A stretch of DNA of 64,000 nt from Marsupella aquatica. Taxonomy: Eukaryota > Plantae > Marchantiophyta. The notes beneath the pieces were generated by a model that made no database searches, had not been told where the DNA came from, and was given only the letters and a program-made list of their open reading frames with translations. This document shows, one piece after another, positions 45,501-57,544 of this stretch (position 1 is the stretch's first letter; each line of letters opens with the position of its first letter). The DNA is taken from assembly GCA_973895155.1 (NCBI GenBank), contig OZ316898.1:6807079-6871078 (forward strand). The letters are read 5' to 3'. The translations under genes and the position numbers were made by a program.

Positions 45501-46973
45501 ATGGAAAAGCTTTCCGATGAGGATTGGAAGGGCCTGAGGCATCTGCTCACCATATCATCAACGTCGAGGGTATGGCGAGCTTGAGGAAGGTCTTCATGTC
45601 GTGGAAGGCCTCGGATGTGAAGCCCACCCAAGTACGCTTACAAGCAGGACCGAATTTGACATAGATGACGAGGAACATCACATTCAACCACGTCGACAGT
45701 CCGTTGGCAATAGCAGCACCCTTAAAACCCACTCCCAGCTTGTAGACAAATACCCAGCAGATGGGGACGTGCAAGCACAAAACCATTGCGGAGCACAATG
45801 CCATTGGCAACACGGCGCTCTGGGTTTGGAGGAACTTCACGAGCGGCTGCAAGACCGCATAGCCGAACAGACTCGGAAGCATCCACCGCGAATATTTCCC
45901 AGCGCCATCTGCAATGTCAGGATCCTGCCCCATCGCCCGAAGAATTGTACCGACGTTCATCCACACGAAAGAGATCGGCACACTGGTGATACTCAAAACC
46001 ACAATTCCTCGTTGAAGATAGGTCCCGAGCAAGGCATACTGCTTGGCCCCGTACGCTTGTCCACATAAAGTCTCTAGAGCTGAGCCCATTCCCATCTGCA
46101 CAACCAAACACGAGTTTGCATTTCAACCAGCTGTCGTTACAACCAAAATCCCAAATCAGAATTGACCAGAGGCGCTGAACTTCAGCTGACTCCGCGTCAC
46201 ACATCCTAACTTCCAGCGAGTGTGAGCCACAAACTGAAATGTAATGAAATGTGTCGAAGGACCTTATCGAAAGCTTTGAAATTCCTCTCAGAAGCAATCC
46301 CCAAAGGTAACACGGAGATCCTGCATAGTTCCCCAAATGCATGTCTGATGATGCCACAAGTTGAATGCCATTCGACTCTCTAGGCATCTCAAGGGACAGC
46401 GCAAAATGAGATGGATCAAGTTGCCTTTCAAAGTAATTTCGCAAGAGTTGTTGCAGAGAACGAAGAAACATTAGCAAGCACGCGTCAATATTGTCAGCTA
46501 TTTTGTATAAGTTCACGAGTTAACACACCTCACGAAATGATATGGAGAAAAACGATACAGAGCAACTCCTAAATCTTCGTTCGAGGCAGAAAAAACCCAA
46601 ACAAACGAGTAATAACTTGAAGTGGAGAACGGATTGGACGAGAGGATGAATATACCAGCAAGGCGAAGCCTGTGACGTTAGCAATTGAGGTGCCCATTGA
46701 AGCGCTGGCCAGAGCGAGCTCCCCCAAATGCCCCACGAACATCACCGACGCTAGATTGAGCGAGTACTGCAACAAACTCACACACACCATCGGCGCCGCT
46801 AACCAGAATTGCATCTTCAGCTCGGCTCCCACCCATCCTGAAACAGCATTCGAACTCTCCTTCTCCTTCTCCTTCAAGTCCTTCGCCTCTCTCACGGAAT
46901 CCTCTCTTCCGTTCCCATCAATGAGAGGCTCCGTGAGAGAATTCGTCATGACCGGTACGCCTTGCTCTTTCAT
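42545..46973 (-). CDS. MATE/DTX family efflux transporter, ~521 aa
   Basis: Exons 46973-46656, 46095-45551, 45258-45172, 44745-44689, 44233-43995, 43565-43447, 43205-43119, 42821-42756 and 42592-42545. The internal sizes 87/57/239/119/87 match the usual plant MATE structure. Motifs: SVMFVGHLGELALA, GMGSALETLCGQAYGAKQY, CLEYWSFELMVLMSGLLPNP, STRVSNELGAG, QGVLSGVARGAG.Q, NLGAYY.VGIP. The last exon is inferred; the alternative is read-through to a stop at 42690. Confidence 0.95.
43849..43990. repeat. ~70-bp tandem duplication in MATE intron 5
   Basis: gcgactgattcg...atctactg...ctgattgaatt.atgct.aa.agctgga.tgaaagaggc occurs twice. Confidence 0.8.
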
Positions 46974-47210
46974 CTCCGCCTCCTCCCTTTCGTCTCTCAA
47001 TCACATTCTCGCTGATGTCAAATCAACGACTCGTCTATGAGCTCGATGCCAATCAGTTCTCTCCTAGAAGAACGTGAGAAATTGGAGAGCCTTTGAATTT
47101 ACAGATATTTTCTACCCACTCTACTGCAAACGGACGACCATGGTCGCTAACCGCTGGGACCCGTAAAGAGGCATTACAAGAACTATAATACACAGTTGCG
47201 CCATTTTTTA

Positions 47211-47261
47211 GAGTGGTAGTCATTCAAATTTGCAGGAGTGGTCGTCATTCAAATTTGCAGG
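47211..47261. repeat. 2 x 25-bp tandem duplication in the MATE upstream region
   Basis: gagtggt(a/c)gtcattcaaatttgcag repeated. Confidence 0.85.
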
Positions 47262-47879
47262 GCACAAAAATTAAAAAATCTAATCAAAAGTAATCAATAA
47301 AGCCAAAGTGTGAATTGAGTTTAGTGTGAGTCACAAAAAGTTGCACCAATGCCCAAGACAAGCAAGAATAATCACACGAGGTACACAAAAAAAGAAGTGA
47401 AAGACTTTAACACAATGCATAAGGAATTGTGTATTATAGTTCTTGATATTCACATGCAAATTTGTATTGTACATATTCATTGTACATATTTCAATATTGT
47501 GTGCATCATAATTTTGTATAATAATGGTAAGAGTCCATAAAAGTAATTTAATTGCTAACAACATTTTAGTTACTACATCAATAAAAAAACTATTCTCCCA
47601 ATATTTGTGGTGATTTTTACAGTCATTTGCAGTGTCATTTTCAATGCCAAAAACACAAAAGTAATAAGGCCTAAAGACATAGTGAAGCGCATGGCATGGG
47701 TGTTGATGGCAAGGTCTCAGGCGAGGGGCACACTCGCAATGTAGGGTAGCCCCTCGATCTCACATGGGTGGGGAAGGGGGGGCGGTGAACAAGTGGAGTG
47801 ATGGTGAATGTGAAAAAGAGAAGACCAAAAATAGGAAAATGGGAAAAGGGGGAGGTTAAGGTTTGAAAGGAACAATCTT

Positions 47880-48452
47880 TTTCTTAACAACATCTTTTGT
47901 GCAATGCACGGGTATTTACCTAAATGATGTCTTGGCCGACACGACATCTTTTCCCTCAACGATGTCTTTGCCGACACGACATCTTTTTTTTCAACAACAT
48001 CTTGGCCGACATGATTTTTTTTTTAATGACATCTTGGCCGACACGACATCTTTTTTCTCAATAACTTCTTGGCCAAGACAACATCTTTTTTCTCAACGAC
48101 CTCTTGGCTGACATGATATCTTTTTTTTCCAACGACTTCTTTTCTCTCAATGAATGACCTTTAGGGCAACTCGACATAATTTCTCTCCACGACCTCTTGG
48201 CCGACACGTCTTTTTTTCTCAATGACATCTTGGGCGACATGACATCTTTTCTCTCAACAACGTCTTGGGCGACATGACATCTTTTCTCTCAATGACCTCT
48301 TGGGTGACACAACATTTTTTTCTCTCCAAGACCTCTTGGCCAACACAACATCTTTTCTCTCCACGACCTCTTGGCTAACATGACATCATTTTTTCTCAAC
48401 GACATCTTGGCCGACATGACTTCTTTTGTGCAACGCACAGGTATTGAGCTAG
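47880..48452 (+). mobile_element. Helitron-like 3' segment with a ~36-bp tandem array (about 14 units)
   Basis: The unit is gacatcttggccgacacgacatctttttttctcaac. The terminus is tgtgcaacgcacaggtattgagCTAG|t (hairpin tgtgc-aac-gcaca). A second decayed terminus, tgtgcaatgcacgggtatttacctaa, lies at ~47898-47923. Confidence 0.7.
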
Positions 48453-48469
48453 TGTATGACATATCATTA

Positions 48470-48760
48470 TGTGAAGTAAGTGAGTGAACAAATTTGACAC
48501 TGTAAAAGTGTAAATGTCTTTTTTTGGTGGGAAAAATTCCCAAACTTTCATCTCTCTAGAAATTTTAGCCATTGCTAGGTGTTTAATTTTACATCAGTTA
48601 GTGTTGTTCCTCACACGGCCTCAGACTCAATTAGCCAAAGTCTAGGAGGATCCTTAAATCTAAGGAGATATGATGGTCAGAAATTAATAAAGAATATTTT
48701 TAGTATCGTCTCCTCTTCATATGGGGTGACATTGGCCACCCTGGACTATAAGAAAAAACC
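48470..48760. repeat. Dispersed repeat, second copy at ~58325-58650
   Basis: aagtaagtgagtgaac..gacactgtaaaagtgtaaatgtc, cattagccaaa and gccaccctggactataagaaaaaacct match 58329-58650. Confidence 0.7.
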
Positions 48761-49081
48761 TTCCCCTGGATTGGAACCTGGAAGTGTTAGTGACAATTGT
48801 AGTGCTCTTAGCCTCAGTTTATTGTGCTTGTTCTTAAACTCTCAGCTGTAAAGAGGGACCTCAGAGTATTGTTTTTAACTCTCGGCAATAGTTGTTGTAG
48901 AGAGACGGTGTGGAGAGGTTGGCCTCAGTTAGTGTAGTGGCCTATGATGTATGCATAGCATCTTGCTTTCTCTCTACATTTGTAGAGAAAATGATGGGTT
49001 TAGAGGCATTACATTGTTTGTTCAATGTACACTTGTAGAGAGAGTGGTTGGCTTAGAGGGGATTACTCGGCTTGGAAGGCA

Positions 49082-51345
49082 TTTTTTTTTGTGCAAGGAG
49101 CACTTTATTCATGTGAAAAGTGAAACCCAATAAAGCAGGGAGTAACCAGGCCAGCTCCAAAATTTTATTTGAGGGCCACCAACCACTCAAGGACCAAACA
49201 CCTCAGTCAAGAGGGCACAAAAAAAAGGGGAACAGTGAAAGTGACCAAGGCATCACTCACCCAGGAAGAGACAAACAATTGTAGAAATGAGGGCTGACTC
49301 AGTCCAAAAAAGAGAGAAAACTTAAAAGAGCATCCGCGCAGGTCCGCCATACAAGGCGTCCGGCAGTGAATATGCCGGGATTCACTTGGGAATTCTATTT
49401 AGTCTTCATTGGGAGATGATAAGGTTCCGCCAATACACAGGCCCTGGCTAAATGAGGCCCCGCCGCTCTACTCCTGCCCTTGCAGCAGGGGGTCTCAAAT
49501 ATGGGGCTGTTATGTGTGTTCCCGGGAGGTTACTTTTGCCTGTGAGGTGCCTTGCAGGCAAGTATAACGGGGGAAGGAATCTTTGTCGACACTGCAATTT
49601 TTTTACGCCCGTAATGTGAGACTCCCGGGGGGGAGAAAGTGGCTACAAGAGTCTGTCCCCGGGTGTTTCCAAAATGCCACGGTCAGAGTGTGCGGGCTAG
49701 CCTAAGGGTCTCCCACACATTTTCAGGCCGTGTCCACCCGAACCTAACTCGGGCGGCTGCAAAACTCTCCCGGCCCGATATTTGAGTCCCCCTAGTAGTG
49801 GTACGTGCTTTGCCCGCCAACGGACCTCCACTCAGAATTGACAGCTAAGATTCATTGTAGGGCAATGGATCCATCAAGGTGCTCTGAGCAATGTGTTTGC
49901 AGTACATTGCCAGAAATTGTGCAGAATCCTTGTGGTGAGTGGTGGACCTCGCCCTCACCAATCCCAGCACTTGCGCCTAAGTGCCCTTGGTGCCCGAACG
50001 CCTCCACGGAATACTTCGAGCAAGCATCCACGTGCCTCTAGCACCACCTGCGGCCACTCCCATACGAAGCCGCACTTGCTCACCTACACGACCGCTACTC
50101 AACGGTCCTCATTGTCTGCACAAACAACCAAGCACCTCGGTAAGTAACCCCTCCGGATCTAGAACTCGCCCAGTCTAGCATCCTAACTCAAGCTCAACAG
50201 ATGTTGGTAAATAGGGCAGCGATAGGTCCTCCCGATGCCATAAGCCGGAACCAGAACCCACGCCCATTGTCCGTCCAGGACAGCTCCTTCCTTGGGCGCG
50301 GCCCGGGTTCCCCCTCGTACCCATCCATCACCAACTGACCGCCCTGACCTCAGGACATGCTCATGGCCCAAATAGCGTAGCTTGTCCTGAAGCTTGTCCC
50401 AAGCTTGTCCCAACACGCCGGGACCAGAACGGCCCCGACCCTAGCAACCGCTCCCGGTTCGCCCCACTGATGGTCTAGGGACCGAGCACCCTTGGGACTC
50501 AGCCTCCACACCTACTTGGCCTTGCCTCCCCAACGCAAGCTCCCTTGGGAGGCTGAACGCGGCTTGGTTGCTGTTCGACAGGATTTGGCAAGCGGGCGAG
50601 CTAACACCCGCAAATCACGAGAACCCACGGCACCCCGGGACCCATCTGAGTTACGCCCTCCTCAAGAGCTTTCCAACGAACCCAGGAAGTCCTCCAACGG
50701 ACTTCCCGTTGGGAAGATATCGCCATTTCTGTTTGGCGGTTTCCCTTAGTGTTGCAACCGTCGCGGCTCACGACTTCGGCTCGCCCTTAGCCCCCAGGGA
50801 GACACCACTCCCCTCATATATGCTTCTGGGGACCTGCCACCCCCGGACCAGCTTTGGTCCCTAACCATTTGGCCCCCAACCCGAATCTCATCGCGCATAA
50901 TGGGAGCACCACCAACTGGCAACGCCCATAACTTTCTTGATAGGCATCCGCAAGCAGAGTGCCTTAGCCCGTTGTGACCGGGCCGACCCAGTGCTTATGC
51001 CTAGGCCCTCAGGTATGATCGCCGCTCGGGGCCCCCGACCGGCCCAACCCGGATCGGGCCACAACTTGCGCCCCAAGCGTTTGTTGCCAATGGCGTCAAC
51101 TCCATTGGCCTTGGGCCCAAGAGGGGCTCACTCCCAAGCCCTCCGAACTCAAAGTCCATCCGACGGTCCGGACGGCCATCCTTGAGCCCGACCCATTTCC
51201 CCTTGACCCGACCAGCCGTAGGCTAGTCCAAGTCCTTAGTTTGTGTCCCCAGCTTGGCCCCTTGCCTCGCCAATGCCACGTCTCATTGCCCACAAGTCTC
51301 CCCATGCTAAGTCCTCCCTGGATGGCCTATCCGGGCCTGGACCAT
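49082..51345 (-). mobile_element. Degenerate, 5'-truncated LINE (L1-like) 3' remnant
   Basis: This GC-rich island ends on the minus strand in AATAAA-gtgctccttgcac-A9. Broken Trp-rich frames such as WHWRGKGPSW and VGWTLSSEGLGV resemble the post-RT 'W...GGLG' region of L1 ORF2. No TSD was found. Confidence 0.5.
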
Positions 51346-51452
51346 AAGGGAGCTCGGTGTCAGAGTCAGCGACGCCGGAGCTAACTGTTAAGGTAGTCGA
51401 GTTCCGTGACTTGGTGCTACAGTCTCCCTCGTGTTATCGCACATCGTTCACC

Positions 51453-51660
51453 ATGGCTGGAAGCAATGCTCGCGGGCAGAATTTCGCAACTGCAGAGCAC
51501 AAGCAAGTCTGCATGTCATGGGTGAACATTTCGGGACACCCTATTGTAGGTGCACTATGAACATTTCGGAAGACCCCATCGTGGTTGAAACCTGATTCTA
51601 CTCTTGAGGAGCCGGGACAAAGAAATGTTAAGCCCTTGTGGTCAAGAGTCCAAGTTATTG
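51453..51660 (+). pseudogene. Fragment of a PIF/Harbinger Myb-like (NAM-associated-type) ORF
   Basis: MAGSNARGQNFATAEHKQVCMSWVNISGHPIVG matches the RGxNFxxxExxxLCxSWxxISxDPIVG motif. An out-of-frame duplicate NISEDPIV follows. TAA|GGG at ~51345-51350 could be the left end. Confidence 0.6.
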
Positions 51661-54429
51661 TATTGAGGCTGTTGTTGGAATCCTTCCACTTGAGAGGGAA
51701 TGTTGGAAACATTACTTAAAAAACATGCGTCTGCCAAGTGAGTGGGGGAAAAGCAAATGAAACACCAAAAGCAAAAACAATGACCTCAATGGGTATGTAT
51801 TTCTCCACTGTCTCACTCACTTGAAAAAGAATCAAGGATATATATTACTGACAAATTTGAGACTTGACAAGAACGATATTCTGTTGCTTGTCTAACCCAG
51901 GAGAAATAAAGCATTGAGTGATCTCTCCAATCTTTTGGAACTAGGAATCCACCCCGATGAAAAGAAACTGATTAGCCTTGGTGATCTGAATAGTAATTAA
52001 GTGATTGAAGGCGATCGGCCTTTCCGGCTCAAAATCCAAAACAAAGGCATTCATCGACACCTGACTATCTTTAATTAATAGAAGCGCTTTTGCCTGAAGA
52101 CTGTCCTGATTAGCCAACTGCAGTCGGAAGGCTGGACAAAGAAAAGCAATCACAAGACGCATGCCGGGAAAGATTTCCGCAATTGCACTGATCTGGTTAT
52201 GTGAAAAGAGTTGTCATGGAGGAAATTTGCTGACATTGTTGGGTTTTTTGAAATAAAAATGTAACCTTACATTCTATTAAAGGGTAAAAATATAATTCAA
52301 AGTAAGGGTTCATTATTCTGCAAAAGGGGTTTGGAAATCATCCATTGGTAATTATTTTGATAGATGTCTTATTGTAAGAGTACATCAAGACTTTGATTTA
52401 TGATAAGATAAAACAGAGAAAAACATATAACCATGGTTTGCCATTATAGCAAGGTATACATCATACCTACACTACTCAACGCCATTATTTAGTCTTATAT
52501 CACAAATAGTGTTTCACTCAATTAGTGGTACTAAGTCTAAAGCAAGTGAAGAGTTGTTTTGACAAGAAATAACAATAATTGTGGATCATTTGAAACTTGA
52601 AATAGTATTTGTGGTTTAAAGATTTATGAACTAATTTGTTCAATGAACAGAAATCTTGATTGACTCATCCATTTTGCAATGAGGAGTTCACAATTTATTT
52701 TGTTTTTTGATAACCCTAGAATTTAATTTCCTATCACAAATGATGCTTTGTAGACACCGTGAATTAATCTTATCTAAACACTTTAATTACCAGTAGCCAC
52801 ATTCTAGTTAATACGCTCGTAAATAGTGTCACTCCAAAATTAACATTGGTAAGGCTAAATCTTGAGAGGTCCAAATCTCAAACAGTCACCCAAATAGAAT
52901 TAGTAAGACTAATCACGGTGAAGAGTGTAGATGGACCTCAGCTTTTAAAGCCAACTGCAACCCTCTGCACTCATTACACTGTCCAAATTTATCTCAGAGG
53001 GGAAAAAAAAACAATGGGGCCCAAACTTCTTGTAAAGCCAGTGGATAATTGTTGTCCATCTGGGAATCTACAGTATTTTGGGCTTACAGTTTCCAGATTC
53101 ATTATTGTATGCACGTCTGATGTGTTTGACATACAGTAAAAGACCCCAAAAACAGTAAGTTGAGATTGGCATTCTCATCTTTACAATTGTTACCCATCTC
53201 CCAGGCCATGCTACAGCCAAGGCAACTCAGCTCAAGGAGGAGACATAAGCCTCTTCTTACCTTGGGGATCGGATCTTTAATTTGTACCTGTTATTAGCAC
53301 TGGAAGTCTTTGGTGCTCTTCACCCAATCTTTTGAGCTAGTAGAGTGTACAATGGAGGCCTTATCCCCAACTTCAATCCTCACTAGTTTCGTTTGATAGT
53401 GGGTGTTGCTTGTTCTACAATGGGCTCCATCATTGACTATTCTCAGTTGGGCCCGCAGTGGCCCATTTGGTTTTAGGGCTCTTAGGGGAGACCCTTTATG
53501 TGACCTTCCTGTACAATTTACTTGGGAGCCTATCATAGTTTTTTGGTCGTAGCTAGATCAGTAGGGAATTGTTTATTTTGTCATTGTTGAAGACGTTTGA
53601 GCACCTCTCAACTTCCCCCTCGGGTTTAGGGAAGATTCAGATGAAGTACAGACCCAAAAGGTACATTGTTGAAGACTTTTGGGCTTGTTGAAGACTTTTG
53701 GACCTGTCAACTTTCCCCTCGGCATGACAAAAGAAACACAAAATGAAAGATCTGCATAAAAACGTTTTGCAAAACAAATCAATGTAAACAAGCTCCTCAA
53801 GGTTTTTCAAGACCAAGCATGAGTATATGGATAGGTCTGATATAGTCAACTTTAATGGAAAGTTGAGAGACCTACAAATTGTCAAAGATGACCAGAGGAT
53901 TTTCTTGCCACATTTCACCGTCCATGCAGTCTGTACTATTTGAGCACATAGAGGGTTTTGCTGCAGTCTATCCAAGTTGCAGAATTCTATTTTAATCTTT
54001 TGGCAAATGTGGAGCTTCGTGGAGGTCCATCATGCCCTCAGTTTCACATAACTCCACCCTTAGTAAAATGCAGATCTACCATATTGCCATTTTTTAAATT
54101 TATGTAATATTTTGCCATTTTTTTAGTATAATTACTAGGTTGCCATCTTGACAACTACTGGTTAAACAAACTACTATAAAAATTGGAAAACATAAAAGAT
54201 ATTGAGCATTGGGTTATTCCAAACTCACCATACAGATCAAGGTACTTTGCAATGTAGTGATTAAACTAAAAATAGTGGTAATTTGTCAAGAATTAGTAAC
54301 AATATAAGACATCTTAGCTGAGCACAACCCCTCACTTTTCTGACTGCGGCTGCTTTATTCCCCTCTCCTGAGTAGGAAACAATATATGCTCTCGGATGAC
54401 GCCATTAACTGATGTCCATATAGCATACT

Positions 54430-55070
54430 CACCTCATCCTGGAACATGAAAAATTATTTTGTCCTCTAGCAAAAAGTTTAAGGTTTTTAATAAAATACAG
54501 GTGATCTGATTATTTTGTGACAAATATAAATAGTAAATTGATTAGGAAGCGTGACATTAAAAAGTTGTGCACATAAGGTACAAGAATAAAAGTACAAAAA
54601 TAATAATGAACAGTAAAAATTTAAGTCTATGGTATTGGGTTCTACACATACTATACACCAGTAAAGATACTTATATACTTATCTTAGGTAATGATACTCA
54701 ATGAATTAAAACCATAAATTTAGGACACAAAACCATGAGTAAAACTTAAACACATGAGGAGTGCACTTTAATCAGATTATTTCTTCTTCACTAAGGACTA
54801 GAACTTCAGTGAGCTTTGTTAAAGGGTGGATCATCAAAAGTATAGCAAAGATTGAAAAATTTAGAGGGGTGCCGGATTAAATTTCAAAATCTAAAGTATA
54901 CAAAGGATGTACCTTGGTAAGATATATTGAATTAAAATACACAAGAAAAGAAGTTTAAATAAATTTCAAAATCTAAAATATACAAGGGATGCACCTTGGT
55001 AAGACACATTGAATTAAAATACACAAGAAAAGAAGTTTGAATAAGACAAAATATTGGAATGGATTCACCA
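54430..55070. repeat. Dispersed AT-rich repeat, copy 3, with an ~82-bp tandem duplication
   Basis: catcctggaacatg and cttaggtaatgatactcaa match copies 1 and 2. taaatttcaaaatctaaa...cacaagaaaagaagttt occurs twice within 54878-55038. Confidence 0.6.
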
Positions 55071-55862
55071 TATAACAGTTTCATTTGGGATGTCCAGTAT
55101 CACAACCCCATCAGTTATTAGTAACCTGTATGTGGTCTGTAAGTAACCTGTACCTGGATTGTAAGTAGCTTGTATCTGGTTTGTGATCCATCAGTCGCCT
55201 ATATCTGGTTTTCTAATACACTTATCAGTGGCTTGTATTTGGTTTGTAACCCCATCTGGTTTGTAACCCCATAGTTATCAGTAGCCCGTAACTGGTACCA
55301 GTGGCTCTCATCGGTCATTTGCGTGTAAATTTTTTCTCAGACCACCAAGATGACTCAACAACCGCAACAAGGTCAGCTGAGCTGAACTGAGAATGCCCGG
55401 TGAGAGAGAAAAACCGACAGTAAAATCAATCTTCCAGTTCGGCGAGGCCATTGACCTTCACTAATGTCCAGGGTGACTGAGAAGTGATGGGGTGGATGAC
55501 TGATAAGTGACGGGGTTAAGATGTGCTCTATATAACCTCTCAAACAGCATAAAAATATTCCCAATCGGTGTTTCTTAAATTCATGATGGAGTTCGAAAGT
55601 CTCATATTTCGAAAGCCTCAGCATAAATTAAGCTTCGTCAAATGTTGGATCTCTTGGCGATTTCATCACAGGTTAAGGTTCGTAATATGATTCAATCAGT
55701 TAAGTGTGCCAGATTCGTATGGATCGGGATCACATCCACATACAAGTTCAAACAGGTTCATCGTTCCCTCGATCCGTGCCTAGGAGTCATCGGAGCAGAC
55801 ACTTTCCGGGATGATTTTGAAAGATCCTGTCCCGCCCAGTGATATAGTTGTCGACAATGCAT

Positions 55863-57544
55863 GTTTTCATGAAAGCAAAGCAGCTGTCGATATCTTGCTG
55901 CTATATCAAAGTCGTCCATTCTACAGCGGCGTCATGTCTTCACGATCTCATTATTTGGCAGTCACGAATTGTGGATAGCTGTATTGAGACAATTATCAAA
56001 GCACTGAAAGATCTGACACCATCAACTCGAAGGGCCAGTACTCAGAGACAGTTCCGAGAAAGCTAGTATGAGCCCGACAATGAATCTATCGCTAACTTCC
56101 TCTTATCTCCTAAAGGGATAGAAGTCTTGCAATAATAAACAGCACCAGGACGACACCCACTGCAAATTTACATAAACATTCCGCAAACTCGGTTAGACGA
56201 CAAAGGACAGGTTGCAAACAATGATGAAATTAAGTGCTACGTACACTAAAATGAAAGTCAGGAAACGGAGAAGAACGGAGAATCTTTCCGATGAGAATTG
56301 GAAGGGTGTGCGGCATCAGCTCACCGTATCATCAACTTCGAGGGTATGACGAGCTTGAAGAAGGTCTTCATGTCGTGAAAGGCCCCGGAGGTGAAGCCCA
56401 CCCAAGCACGCTTGCAAGCAGGACTGAATTTGACATAGATGACTAGGAACATTACATGCAACCACGTCGGCAGTCCGTTTGCAATAGCAGCACCCTCGAA
56501 ACCCACTCCCAGCTTGTAGAGGAGCAGCTAGCATATGGGGACGTGCAAGCAGAAAACCATTGCCGAGCACAATGCCATTGGCAACACGGCGCTCAGGGTT
56601 TGGAGGAACTTCACGAGCGGCTGCAAGACCGCAATTAAAGCCGAACAGACTCAGAAGCACCCACCGGGAATTGAACATTTCCCAGCGCCATCGATATCTG
56701 CAATGTCAGGATCCTGCCCCATCGCCCGAAGAATTGTACCGACTTTCATCCATATGAAAGGGATCGGCACACTGGTGACACTCAGAACCATAATTCCTCG
56801 TTGAAGATAGATCCCGAGCAAGGCATACTGTTTGGTCCCGTACGCTTGTCCACATAAAGTCTCCAGAGCTGAGCCCATTCAATTCCCAGCTGTCGTTACA
56901 ACCAAAATCCCACATCAGAATTGACAGAGGCGCTGAACTTCAGCTGACTCCGAGTCCTAACTTCCAGCGAGTGTGAGCCACAAACGGAAATGTACTGAAA
57001 TGTCGAAAGACCTTCATTAACGAAAGTTTTAAAAATTCCTCTCAGAAGCAATCTTCAAAGGTAACACGAAGATCCTGAACAGTTCCCTGAACGCATGATG
57101 ATGCCACAAGCTGAATGCCATTCGACTTTATAGGCATCTTAAGGGACACCGGCAAAATGAGATGGATCAAGATGCTTTTAAATGTAATTTCGCGGGAGTT
57201 GTTGAATTCCAGAGAACGAGGAAACATTAACAAGCACGCGTCAATATTGTCAGCTATCTTTTAGACGTTCACTCGTTCTTACTCATCACGAAATGATATG
57301 GAGAGAAACGATACAGATCGAGCAACTTAGTTATAAAACTTCGTTTTAGGAAAAACACCCAAAATAAACGAGTAAGAACTTGAAGTGGAGCAGAGAACTG
57401 ATTGGAGGAGAGATGAGTTTACGAAGATGCTGAAGCCTGTGACACTGGCAAATGACGTGCCCATCGAAGTGCTGGCCAGAGCGAGCTCCCCCAAATGCCT
57501 CACGAACATCACCGACGCTAGCTTGAGTGAGTGCTGCAACAAAC
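55863..57544 (-). pseudogene. Partial unprocessed duplicate of the MATE gene (part of exon 1 to intron 3)
   Basis: Colinear, including introns, with ~44990-46777. It lacks the start codon and exons 4-9. Exon 2 has small insertions that shift the frame, and deletions remove the exon 2 and exon 3 acceptors and the exon 3 donor. Confidence 0.92.

Noticed and set aside
44087-47040. Plus-strand ORFs of 159, 155 and 122 aa and the 199-aa minus ORF at 45917-46516
   Set aside because: They are antisense shadows of MATE exons or intron read-through, with no independent motifs.
53573-53975. Short ORFs as a gene
   Set aside because: All frames are interrupted and no motif was recognised. It is possibly old TE debris.
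55435-55480. U1 snRNA-like (cctggac...ggtcaatgg on the minus strand)
   Set aside because: It lacks the ATACTTACCTG 5' end, has the wrong spacing, and has no Sm site.
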